NCBI GenBank assembly: GCA_044440125.1
Contig: JBITAJ010000001.1
Location: 1 to 32,195 of the forward strand
Length of the DNA stretch: 32,195 nt
Direction: 5' to 3'
From: Sedimentisphaeraceae bacterium JB056
GTDB lineage: Bacteria; Planctomycetota; Phycisphaerae; Sedimentisphaerales; Sedimentisphaeraceae
Both the position numbers and the translations under genes were made by a program. This document shows, piece by piece, positions 1 through 9,547 of the stretch (the first letter of the stretch is position 1; each line of letters opens with the position of its first letter). Below the pieces are notes generated by a model. The model did no database searches. It saw nothing but the letters and a program-made list of their open reading frames with translations, and was not told where the DNA came from.

Positions 1-230
1 CTCAAAATTAGTCAAAATGCTTCCTGTAATGGAAAAAACAAGTTTTTTAACCAGACGATCAATGAATACCATGCGAAATATCAATGCCTGTCAAAACAAA
101 GGCAAACTAAGACTCGAAAACCTTGCAAACGGAATAACTCATAGCCGATAGTTTAGAAACCTTTCTTGACTTACGAGCTGAAAAACCAATAATTACTGGA
201 AATCTAATTTAATATCAAATCGTAAGAAGG

Positions 231-1202
231 ATGTTGCTGATGAAATTCAAGATGATTTCTGTAATGGTGTTAGTTTGTTCGGTATTGCTTCTGGCTGTAG
301 AGCCTGTTGATTATTCTTTGGACTCAAACTGGGCGGTAAAAACATCAGATATTTCACATAAGGTGGACGTTTTCTTTGTGCACCCGACGACTTACGGTTC
401 TCCATCAAACGGACAACTCAATGCTGATCTGAATGATCAAAAGCTTAACAAAAGAACCGATGGGACCATACAGCGGCAGGCCTCAGCTTTTAACGACACG
501 GCAAACCTCTTTGCTCCCAGATACAGGCAAATGAATATAGAGGTGCTTTCGATGTCAGAGGAGAAGAAAAATCACTATATTGAAATGCCGGTAGCTGATG
601 TAAAGGCTGCATTTGAGTATTATCTTGAAAATCTCAATGGCGGACGTCCTTTCATACTTGCAAGTCACAGTCAGGGATCGAATGTACTTCAATTAGTATT
701 GCTTGAAAATCCGAAACTGATAGATTATGACAAAATTGTAGCAGCATATCTAATAGGCTGGACTTTTACTGATAAGCAAATCAAAGAAATTGGATTAGAG
801 CTTTGCGATTCTCCTTCACAAACCGGTTGCCTGATAACATGGAATACAATAGCGGCAGACGGCAAATCCCCTACGCTTCTCGAAGGAGCAAGAGGTGTTA
901 ATCCTCTTTCATGGACTAATGATACAAAACAATATCCAGCGTCAATGAATGAATGCTCACGGGTGTTGACAAACTCTGGCAAATATGAGAGTTACACAAA
1001 TCTTACTTCGGCGAGAATAAACTCATGCGGCGGACTTGAAATTGCAGAGTTAGATTCGCAAATTAAGGCGAAATTAAGCATGAACATGGGGCCAACCTGC
1101 TATCATCCATACGATTACGATTTCTTCTACTGCAACATAGCAAAAAACGCCGCTTTAAGATGCAAAGAGTATCTCGGTGGCGGCAGTATTTCCGAAGATT
1201 AA
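231..1202 (+). CDS. DUF3089-like secreted alpha/beta hydrolase (putative esterase)
   Basis: Signal peptide, DVFFVHPTTY, FAPRYRQ, nucleophile elbow ILASHSQGS, NPLSW, YHPYDYDFFY. True start may be the ATG at 240. Confidence 0.8.
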   Translation: MLLMKFKMISVMVLVCSVLLLAVEPVDYSLDSNWAVKTSDISHKVDVFFVHPTTYGSPSNGQLNADLNDQKLNKRTDGTIQRQASAFNDTANLFAPRYRQMNIEVLSMSEEKKNHYIEMPVADVKAAFEYYLENLNGGRPFILASHSQGSNVLQLVLLENPKLIDYDKIVAAYLIGWTFTDKQIKEIGLELCDSPSQTGCLITWNTIAADGKSPTLLEGARGVNPLSWTNDTKQYPASMNECSRVLTNSGKYESYTNLTSARINSCGGLEIAELDSQIKAKLSMNMGPTCYHPYDYDFFYCNIAKNAALRCKEYLGGGSISED

Positions 1203-1203
1203 T

Positions 1204-3486
1204 TCATTCAGGCGGATTGTTTAGCTTTTGTTTCTTCTTGTTTCCGTTTTTCTTTTTATTGAGAGTAAGCTGGCAGCAGTAAAGACCAAGTATTATGTAC
1301 TCTATTCGGTTCAACCCAAACTCCTTGAGCTTTTTTGAGCATTCCTGCAGGATTTTCTCTACAGGTTTTCTGCCAGTTTTCTTTGATACAGAATCTGCTA
1401 ATTCAGACATCAGCTTAGCGGCTTGCTCGTTGTCTGCCCGGGCAAAGGCATTACAGGTTTTGGCGGCAAGGTCTTTGAGTTCGCTGTCAACAAAGGAAGA
1501 GTTTGTGACATCACTTTTGAGTGAAAGTGTAATTTTTGCTGCTGATGTTTCCAGATCGTTTTTAAGTTGCCGCCATATAGATATATAGTCGCTTTCATTG
1601 CCGATTATACGAGCCAGTGCAAGCCCCATCTCTGATCTGATTAAAGGGTCTTCCAATGAACAAAGATACTCAAGCATCTCATCAATTATTTGTGGGTAAC
1701 GGAGCTTCCCAAGACTTTGTGCATATGCTATTTTAAGTCCGGGATCCTCTTCGCTACGGAAAAGTTCGATGAACAAAGGTATACTGGCTTTATCACCTAA
1801 TGTTGCAAGTGCCCTTGCGCTTCTGGCTTTCAAAAGTGGGTAATCGGAAAGAAGCGTTTCTCTGAGAGCAAAAACGGCGGTTTCGTCGCCTATTCTTCCA
1901 AGTGCCCATGCAGCATTAACACTGAGATCAGGCTCGTTTCCTCCCAATACCAATACCAGCGCATCAACCAGTTCGGGTGCTGGACGACTGTTGGCTATAG
2001 CTATTATGGCTTCATAGCGAACGTTGAAACTCGGATCATTGAGCGCCTCTATAAGCTCGTGATTACTAAGTGGGCTGTTGGCGAACCCAAGTCTGTTTGT
2101 TATTGATACTCGCACTTCCTCATCAGGAGCTTTGTAATATCGCAGGAGACTTCCGACCGCCATGAAGGGGTTGCCCTGGATGAACATGCCGACGAATCGT
2201 TTCATTGGTAATGCACCGTCAGCCCTTATTTTGCTCACAAAAAAGGCTCCTATCAGCAATAATACTATTGACAGGGCGAATAATGGGGTGTATGAGTCAA
2301 CTGTAAAAAACAGGAATTTTGTATTTATAGAGGCTCCCGCTTTAAGCAGCCGGCCGGCAAGAAGCGGTGCTATTCCGCCCGCAAGGCCGGCCCCCGCATA
2401 AAAAACAGCCATATAAGCTGTTTTTTTTGCTGCCGGGACGGCGTTGACATATAAGTAGCGACCTAAACCTATACCCCAAGCAGTGTTAGCAACGCCAAGA
2501 AGAAATGTGATTATTACTGCTACCTGTGAGGCTGCCATTGAATTACGGGGCATGATAAAGCACAAAAGCGGCAAAGGAAGCATCAGATAAGGCCCTGAAA
2601 GCATTACCGGTTTTGAGCCAAAACGATCGGAAGTCCATCCCCACATAAAACTCGATAAAAGGGCTCCAGAGTACATACCTATATCCAGCCATACAACGTA
2701 TTCGCTTGAAAGCCCGACCTGTTCTTTCATATACAGAGGAATGAATGCAGCGGTAGAGCATATTCCTACAGTGACGAATGCCAAGCCTGTCATGTAGTTA
2801 CGGAAATTATTGTCTTTTAGAGGGCTGAGCATCTCTTTCAAGCTGCTGCCGCCTTGAAGGGGTAGAGGTGCGGGTTTGCCGCCCGGGACAAAAAAGAAGC
2901 ACCAAACAGATACAAGTCCGCAGAGAACACCGGCTGCTATTATACATACAAATTTGTTTATGCCTTCGTAATGGCCTATTATATAACCACTTATGGCAAT
3001 AGTTATTACGGATAAAAGTTGGTTTATTATGTTTGAAAATGAACTGAATTTGCCGCGAATATTATCGGGTACAACTTCTTGCATCCATGGGAAAATTGCT
3101 GTTTCAGATATTGCGCGGCACATGGCAAAGCCAAAAATGCAGCACGAGACCCAGACAAATCCTGTCTGACTTCCAAAAGCGCTTATGATCAGAGGTGTGA
3201 AAAGTAAACTGGCGGTAAATATTTTTCTTGCGCCAAAAAAGATCAGGAAGATACGTTTGTATCCGAATTTTGCCACGTAAGGAGCTGTGAATATAGCACT
3301 TATACCACAGAATGGGAGCAGTGAAAGCAAAAAACCAATCTTCGCTTTGTCAAGACCAAGTTCGTTTAGGAACAAAATGAAAACGGAGCCCGCTGCTGCG
3401 GTTACCCAGAATACCATATTGAATGCATTGCCTGCAAGTTGCCATGGGAGGCGACGTATCTTCTCAAGATTAGTCAATTCAGACAT
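1204..3486 (-). CDS. MFS transporter fused to C-terminal HEAT repeats
   Basis: About 12 hydrophobic segments in the first ~420 aa, MFS motif A (WGWTSDRFGSKP), then HEAT-like repeats (LIEALNDPSFNVRYEAIIAIA; NAAWALGRIGD; SARALATLGD). Confidence 0.85.
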   Translation of the reverse strand: MSELTNLEKIRRLPWQLAGNAFNMVFWVTAAAGSVFILFLNELGLDKAKIGFLLSLLPFCGISAIFTAPYVAKFGYKRIFLIFFGARKIFTASLLFTPLIISAFGSQTGFVWVSCCIFGFAMCRAISETAIFPWMQEVVPDNIRGKFSSFSNIINQLLSVITIAISGYIIGHYEGINKFVCIIAAGVLCGLVSVWCFFFVPGGKPAPLPLQGGSSLKEMLSPLKDNNFRNYMTGLAFVTVGICSTAAFIPLYMKEQVGLSSEYVVWLDIGMYSGALLSSFMWGWTSDRFGSKPVMLSGPYLMLPLPLLCFIMPRNSMAASQVAVIITFLLGVANTAWGIGLGRYLYVNAVPAAKKTAYMAVFYAGAGLAGGIAPLLAGRLLKAGASINTKFLFFTVDSYTPLFALSIVLLLIGAFFVSKIRADGALPMKRFVGMFIQGNPFMAVGSLLRYYKAPDEEVRVSITNRLGFANSPLSNHELIEALNDPSFNVRYEAIIAIANSRPAPELVDALVLVLGGNEPDLSVNAAWALGRIGDETAVFALRETLLSDYPLLKARSARALATLGDKASIPLFIELFRSEEDPGLKIAYAQSLGKLRYPQIIDEMLEYLCSLEDPLIRSEMGLALARIIGNESDYISIWRQLKNDLETSAAKITLSLKSDVTNSSFVDSELKDLAAKTCNAFARADNEQAAKLMSELADSVSKKTGRKPVEKILQECSKKLKEFGLNRIEYIILGLYCCQLTLNKKKNGNKKKQKLNNPPE

Positions 3487-3964
3487 CGATCTTCTCTCAA
3501 ATTCTAAAAATAAGCTGTTTTTACTTCTCTTTTAATTATGGCTTTAAAAGCCTCGATACTTAAAAATATACTGGACGAGTCCTTCTTGGGCAGTTTTAAC
3601 TTGCCTTTAAACGCGCTATTATACAAAAAAGATTCATATTTAAAGAAGTAATAATGAAATTAGGTTTTTTTTTAGATTATTGCTAAAAAAGCTTGTGTTT
3701 TGGGCCGTGTCTAAGGTTGTTTTTGTAAAAATATTTCACTAACAGTGAACACATGATGTTCTAACAGCGTATTTTGTGTGTTGTTTAGGTGGAGTCAAAT
3801 CACTTTAAAGGCAATTTGCCCGAGTTTTTTTTGCTCTTTTTGTGGTTTGATTTGTGGTTGAAGAGTAGGATTCAACTTAAATAGATAACTCCATTTGTGA
3901 TTAATCTTTTTGTTGTAAGTTCTTTTTATGCAACACTTTGCATTGTGTGTGTCTTAAAAAAAGC

Positions 3965-3993
3965 TTGACAAAACATACTTTTTATGATAGAAT
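3965..3993 (+). promoter_or_regulatory. sigma70-type promoter of folC
   Basis: TTGACA (3965-3970), 17-bp spacer, extended -10 TG-a-TAGAAT (3988-3993). Confidence 0.8.
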
Positions 3994-4000
3994 ATTTGCG

Positions 4001-5458
4001 ATGGCTACTAAAAATACAAAATCAAAAGTTAAAAAGAAACCGGCAAAAACTGCCGTTGGAAATAAGAGTAAGAAGGCAAAACCTTTTGAGACATACGATG
4101 AGTCTCTCAATTATCTGTTTACGATGACAGATTACGAGAAGCAACGTATGATCAGATATAATGTGACTACCTTTGATCTTACCAGGATGTATGAACTTCT
4201 TGGTGAGCTTGGTAATCCTCATGAGAAGCTTAAGGCTGTTCATATTGCGGGTACCAAGGGCAAGGGGTCTACATCTACTATGGTTGCGAGAATGCTTGAG
4301 GCTAACGGCTACAATGTTGGTCTTTACACATCTCCGCATATCACTTCTTTACATGAAAGAATTGCAATCAATTCCTGTCACATGAGCAAGGAAGACATGG
4401 TTGCACTTGTCAATACTGTACGTCCTGCAGTTGATAAGCTCACAGAAAACGGGCGTAAGCCTACCTTCTTCGAGCTTTTTACCGCGATGGCGTTTGTTCA
4501 TTTTGTAAACAATGGTGTTGATTTTGCGGTGCTTGAGACTGGCCTTGGAGGTCGTCTTGACAGTACCAACGTTGTTACTCCTGTTGTCTCGGCTATAACA
4601 AGCATAAGTATCGACCATCAGCGTCAACTTGGTAAGACACTGGATCGTATTGCTTCAGAGAAGGCCGGTATAATAAAAAAAGGTGTTCCGGTAGTAACAG
4701 TAGTTCAGGAAGAAGAATCTCTTAATGTCATAAAAGCAAAGGCTTTAGAGGCCAATGCTCCTATAAAGATCGTAGGTGAGGATGTTGATTTCTCTTGTCG
4801 TTTTGAAGCATCAAGAGAAGATGGGCCTCATACGAGAATATGCGTTCTTACGCCAACCAGCAAATTTGAGCATTTGAAAGTGCCTCTGCCTGGTGAGCAT
4901 CAAGCGATGAACTGTGGTTTGGCCTTGGTCGTCCTTGATTGTTTAAAGAATCTTGGCTTTGAGATCGATGATGAGAAGTCTGTAGAAGGTCTGGGGATGG
5001 TTCGTATGCCTGGCCGTTTGCAGGTAGTTTACAATAATCCTCGGGTTGTTGTTGATATGGCTCATAATGCGGCAAGCATTAAGGCACTTATACAGACAAT
5101 AGGTCAGCACATACCTTATGATTCGATGGTTATGATCTTTGGCTGCAATGCTGACAAGGATATTGTAGGTATGCTTGATGAGCTTCAGTACGGAGCCGAT
5201 AAGGTTATATTTACACGAAGCTCTTCACCAAGAGCGGTGAGGCCTGATGAACTGGCTGAGATGTACTCAGAGCAGTCCAACAGGATGTGCCAGACGGCGC
5301 TCTCGCTTGGGGATGCTCTCAAGATAGCGAAGAGTGCTGTGACACGCGAAGATGTTATCTGCATCACGGGTAGTGTTTATCTTGTAGGTGATGCTATCAA
5401 GCGTTTCAACAAGATTCGCGAGCAGGAAGCTAAAGCCGCCGCTGCGGCAGCTAAATAA
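4001..5458 (+). CDS. folC: Folylpolyglutamate synthase/dihydrofolate synthase
   Basis: HIAGTKGKGST P-loop, GLYTSPH, ETGLGGRLDSTNV, IASEKAGIIK, PGRLQ, DMAHN, TGSVYLVG. Start moved from TTG 3938 to ATG 4001 because the promoter lies inside the longer ORF. Confidence 0.95.
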   Translation: MATKNTKSKVKKKPAKTAVGNKSKKAKPFETYDESLNYLFTMTDYEKQRMIRYNVTTFDLTRMYELLGELGNPHEKLKAVHIAGTKGKGSTSTMVARMLEANGYNVGLYTSPHITSLHERIAINSCHMSKEDMVALVNTVRPAVDKLTENGRKPTFFELFTAMAFVHFVNNGVDFAVLETGLGGRLDSTNVVTPVVSAITSISIDHQRQLGKTLDRIASEKAGIIKKGVPVVTVVQEEESLNVIKAKALEANAPIKIVGEDVDFSCRFEASREDGPHTRICVLTPTSKFEHLKVPLPGEHQAMNCGLALVVLDCLKNLGFEIDDEKSVEGLGMVRMPGRLQVVYNNPRVVVDMAHNAASIKALIQTIGQHIPYDSMVMIFGCNADKDIVGMLDELQYGADKVIFTRSSSPRAVRPDELAEMYSEQSNRMCQTALSLGDALKIAKSAVTREDVICITGSVYLVGDAIKRFNKIREQEAKAAAAAAK

Positions 5459-5613
5459 TTGATTCGGTGGTGTTTAGGTCGTTTCTATATGAATAATGAG
5501 CGGCCAGATTTTATCAGGATATTGCGGCTGATTAGAGGCCGCTAAAAAAACTGCCTTTTTCCTAAAAAAAGGCTTGCTATCTTTGATGATTCTTATAAAA
5601 TACCCGTCTCAAT

Positions 5614-5698
5614 GCCCAGGTGGCGGAATAGGCAGACGCGCTAGCTTGAGGGGCTAGTTTCCGTTTAGGAAGTGCTGGTTCGACTCCAGTCCTGGGCA
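5614..5698 (+). tRNA. tRNA-Leu(GAG)
   Basis: Acceptor stem GCCCAGG/CCTGGGC, discriminator A, anticodon arm CTAGC-TT GAG GG-GCTAG, long variable arm, GGTTCGACTCC T-arm. CCA not encoded. Confidence 0.97.
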
Positions 5699-5794
5699 TT
5701 TTTTTCATCAATGCTTTTAGACGCAACAAGAATTTTTTACTAAAGACAGCTGCTTGAGGTTCGCTATAACCTCGCAACTGATTACCATATAAAC

Positions 5795-5831
5795 AGGCTG
5801 TGGATGGGCTTCATCCGCAGCCTCATTTTTT
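5795..5831 (+). terminator. Intrinsic terminator downstream of tRNA-Leu
   Basis: AGGCTGTGGATG-ggctt-CATCCGCAGCCT hairpin followed by CATTTTTT. Confidence 0.7.
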
Positions 5832-6066
5832 GCGCTCATATGCAGGCCCGTCAGCCATAAGTTAGCGGTGTTGCATTTACGCTTTTTTTGACATTATTTC
5901 TGGTGATACTGGCGAGCAAATAAACTTTTAGCTTTGATGTTAAAAATAACTTTATTTTGAAGAAATTTCCTTGCAATTAGCTCGTTTTTCTGTAAATTAT
6001 CGCACACTGTTCTCTTTTACTGACGGCATCATTTGCCGCGGTTTGGAAGAATCGTAAACAGAAGCT

Positions 6067-6158
<92 letters not shown>

Positions 6159-6164
6159 GCATTT

Positions 6165-6205
6165 AAAAGTGACGCTGCTGATTATTGGCAGCGTTGCTTT
6201 TTTTT
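6165..6205 (+). terminator. Intrinsic terminator after tRNA-Ser
   Basis: AAAAGTGACGCTGCTG...TGGCAGCGTTGCTTTT hairpin with a T8 tract. Confidence 0.8.
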
Positions 6206-6386
6206 ATTTCAAGTTTACCAAAAATGACTCTTTTTTACTCCTTTCCATGTTTATATCGGGTTAAGTTCATTTCACCAAAATACCTAAACAGCTATATTAC
6301 TATCCCAATTATGTTTATTGGGTATAATAAGAAATGTGTGGGTACAATACTTGCCGATCTTGTTTGATTTTTAAACACATAATATG

Positions 6387-6415
6387 TTGACTTGAAGTAG
6401 CATAACTGATACAAT
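6387..6415 (+). promoter_or_regulatory. sigma70-type promoter of the glycogen cluster
   Basis: TTGACT (6387-6392), 17-bp spacer, TG-a-TACAAT (6410-6415). Confidence 0.7.
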
Positions 6416-6505
6416 CATTTTTAAGTTTGAGTGGTTGCTTTTATTTGGAAAATATAAAAAAGTAAGTAAACGAGGGAATTTCTGCTCAAATATAGGAGAA
6501 AATTT

Positions 6506-6805
6506 ATGGGAATTAGTACAAAAAAGTCCAAATCAACAACAGGACGCAAGCGCATAACGTTTAAATTCAAGGCCAACCCCGGATCCACGGTAACAGTTGC
6601 CGGTAATTTCAATGACTGGGATTCAGATTCCAAGGTGTTGAAGGATAAAGGGTCTACCGGTGATTATGAAGTTACAATGCTTTTACCCAAAGGTGTTTAC
6701 GAATATAAATTCTGCGTTGACGACAAGTGGTGTGTTGACCCGGAGAACCCCAATTTCATAACTAATGCTCACGGCACGCTCAACAGTGTCATCGAAGTAA
6801 ATTGA
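6506..6805 (+). CDS. Stand-alone glycogen-binding CBM48/AMPK-beta-like domain protein
   Basis: VTVAGNFNDW, LPKGVYEYKFCVDDKWCVDPEN, GTLNSVIEV; AGGAG RBS. Confidence 0.9.
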   Translation: MGISTKKSKSTTGRKRITFKFKANPGSTVTVAGNFNDWDSDSKVLKDKGSTGDYEVTMLLPKGVYEYKFCVDDKWCVDPENPNFITNAHGTLNSVIEVN

Positions 6806-6910
6806 GCCTTTCTTAACGATAAATTTCTAACAAATTTCAAAGATCGTTGATAATCATATTGGTTTGGGCGAAATTTGGGGTGCGTAGTTTGTTTTATAAG
6901 GTGGTAGATC

Positions 6911-9454
6911 ATGCACAAATATAAAATTTTAGAAGTTGCTCCGTGTATGCCGGAAAATCTCTGCTTTTTGGAGGAACTGTCCAACAATGTTTGGTGGTGC
7001 TGGCAGCCCGATGCTATAGAGTTGTTTCGCAGGATGGATTATAACTTGTGGGACAGCAGTAACGGTAACCCAAGAGTTGTGCTGCGAAGCATGCGACAGG
7101 ATAGGCTTGAGGAGCTTTCTTATGATGAGGGTTTCATCAACCATCTTGAGAGAGTCAAAGAAGCCTATCAAGAGTCTATATCGGCCAATCATCTTCCCAT
7201 GACAGATCGTCATATTGGCTATTTTTCTCTTGAATATGGAATTCATGAAGCGTTATGTCTTTATTCTGGCGGTCTTGGCATTCTTGCGGGTGATCATCTT
7301 AAGTCTGCTTCTGATATGAACTTACCTCTTGTGGGAGTAGGTCTGCTTTACAGGCAGGGATATTTCAGGCAATCTATAAGTGATAATGGTTGGCAGAATG
7401 AGATATATTCAGAGAACAACATCGATGAGATGCCTTTGAAACGAGCATGTGGTCCGGATGGCAAAGAAATAACATTTTATCTTCGCTTACTTGATCAGCA
7501 GGTCAAGGTTATAGTCTGGCGAATGGAAGTAGGCAATGTGCCTTTGCTCCTTTTGGATACAGAGCTTCCTGAAAATAATGAAGAGATGCGCCGAGTTACC
7601 TGGCGGCTTTACGGTGGAGATCGTAAGATGCGTCTGCACCAAGAGTTACTGCTTGGTGTTGGCGGTTTTCAAGCTCTTGTAGCGGCCGGTTGTGATCCTT
7701 CTGTTTGTCATATAAATGAAGGTCATGCCGCATTTTTGAGTATGGCAAGGCTGTCTCACATAATGAAAACGCAGAATATTGATATTGAATCAGCCCTTGA
7801 GATGGTATGGAGGACAAATATCTTTACTACTCATACGCCTGTTCCTGCAGGAAATGAGGTGTTTGATATGAATCTTCTTAAGCCGCATATTGAGGCGATC
7901 AAAAATGATCTGGGTATTGATGTCGACAGGATACTTAAGTGGGGGGTACCTTACGGAAGCCAGAATATCAATCAGTTTTCGATGACTATTCTTGGGTTGA
8001 GGATGTCCTACTATAATAACGGAGTCAGCAAGCTTCATGGCGAAGTTGCCAGGAATATGTGGTCTTATTTGTGGTCTGAAATTCCTGTTGACGAGGTGCC
8101 GATAGGTCATATAACCAATGGTGTTCACATTAACTCATGGATATGGGACAGTAAAAAATCTATATACGATAAATATCTTACTCCCGACTGGGCGGTGAAT
8201 TCTTCGGGAAGTTTCCTTTCCGATCATATTGCCCTTATACCTGAGATAGAGTTGTGGCAAACTCATGAGACAGGCCGTGCCAGACTGGTGAGACACACGA
8301 GAAATAAGCTTGTTAAGGAGCTTAGGTCGCACAAAGCGCCTTATGCGAGAATCAATGAAGCAAGAGGTGTGTTGGATCCGAATATTCTGACAATAGGTTT
8401 TGCGAGAAGATTTGCGACTTATAAGAGAGCTACACTGCTTCTTAATGACAGGGAAAGACTTCTTAAGATACTTCGTGATGAGGAAAGACCTGTACAGTTT
8501 GTCTTTGCCGGCAAAGCGCACCCGGCTGATGAATATGGTAAGCATCTTATCAAGGAGCTGATTGACTTTGCCAAAGAAAATAATGTGTCTCATCGTTTTG
8601 TGATGCTTTCGGATTATGATATCAAGCTTGGCCGTCTTATGGTTCAGGGTGTTGATGTGTGGCTCAATAATCCATTGAGACCGCAGGAAGCCAGCGGTAC
8701 ATCAGGAATGAAAGCCGCGATAAACGGTGTTCTGAACTTCAGTGTTCTTGACGGCTGGTGGGTTGAGGGATACAACAGTAACTCAGGCTGGGTTATTGAT
8801 TCGCAGGAAGACATTACAGATCCCGTATTCCGTGACAGAATGGAGGCATTGTCTCTTTACAATATTCTTGAAAGTGAAATCATTCCATGTTTCTATGATC
8901 GCCGCGGTGGTAATATGCCTGAACGCTGGGTGAGCATGATGAAAGAATCTATCAAGGTTGGTATTGCCGGTTTTTCAAGCCATAGAATGGTCAAGCAGTA
9001 TTATGATAATTTTTACAGACCTGCAATGGACAGATATCATGAATTGATAGAGAATGAATGCTCGCAGGCTAAAGCACTTGCTAAGAAGAAGATATTTTAT
9101 AAGCAGGGTTTGCCGATGGTAAGAGTGGGCTACCCGGAAATATCTCAGAATGTGGAAGATCTTCATGTTGGCGATTCGGTTGAAATGGTTTCAGAGATAT
9201 ATCTCGGTTCAATTTTGCCTGATGATGTATCTGTTGAAGCTTATTACGGGCCGGTCGATAACAGGCAAAATGTACTCAGCAGTAATACACGTACAATGCA
9301 CGTGAAAGAAGAGCTTGGCAATGGCCGATATTTGTATACTGTAAAAGTTTCCTGGGAGAAAGCGGGGCGCTTTGGAATAACTGCCAGAGTAATCCCTGCC
9401 GGTTCGGAATGGAAGCATTGTATGCCCGGTTTCATTGTGTGGGCAAAAAGTTAA
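6911..9454 (+). CDS. glgP: Alpha-glucan (glycogen) phosphorylase, GT35
   Basis: YFSLEYG, YSGGLGILAGDHLKSASD, HINEGH, FTTHTPVPAG, GFARRFATYKRA, PLP site EASGTSGMK. Confidence 0.96.
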   Translation: MHKYKILEVAPCMPENLCFLEELSNNVWWCWQPDAIELFRRMDYNLWDSSNGNPRVVLRSMRQDRLEELSYDEGFINHLERVKEAYQESISANHLPMTDRHIGYFSLEYGIHEALCLYSGGLGILAGDHLKSASDMNLPLVGVGLLYRQGYFRQSISDNGWQNEIYSENNIDEMPLKRACGPDGKEITFYLRLLDQQVKVIVWRMEVGNVPLLLLDTELPENNEEMRRVTWRLYGGDRKMRLHQELLLGVGGFQALVAAGCDPSVCHINEGHAAFLSMARLSHIMKTQNIDIESALEMVWRTNIFTTHTPVPAGNEVFDMNLLKPHIEAIKNDLGIDVDRILKWGVPYGSQNINQFSMTILGLRMSYYNNGVSKLHGEVARNMWSYLWSEIPVDEVPIGHITNGVHINSWIWDSKKSIYDKYLTPDWAVNSSGSFLSDHIALIPEIELWQTHETGRARLVRHTRNKLVKELRSHKAPYARINEARGVLDPNILTIGFARRFATYKRATLLLNDRERLLKILRDEERPVQFVFAGKAHPADEYGKHLIKELIDFAKENNVSHRFVMLSDYDIKLGRLMVQGVDVWLNNPLRPQEASGTSGMKAAINGVLNFSVLDGWWVEGYNSNSGWVIDSQEDITDPVFRDRMEALSLYNILESEIIPCFYDRRGGNMPERWVSMMKESIKVGIAGFSSHRMVKQYYDNFYRPAMDRYHELIENECSQAKALAKKKIFYKQGLPMVRVGYPEISQNVEDLHVGDSVEMVSEIYLGSILPDDVSVEAYYGPVDNRQNVLSSNTRTMHVKEELGNGRYLYTVKVSWEKAGRFGITARVIPAGSEWKHCMPGFIVWAKS

Positions 9455-9547
9455 TGAAGAAACTGTTTGGGAATAATATGCTTGGTTTATCACGGAGAAA
9501 CTCTGCGATGAAGTATTTTGTATTTTAAAAGAAAAGATGTTTGTTAT

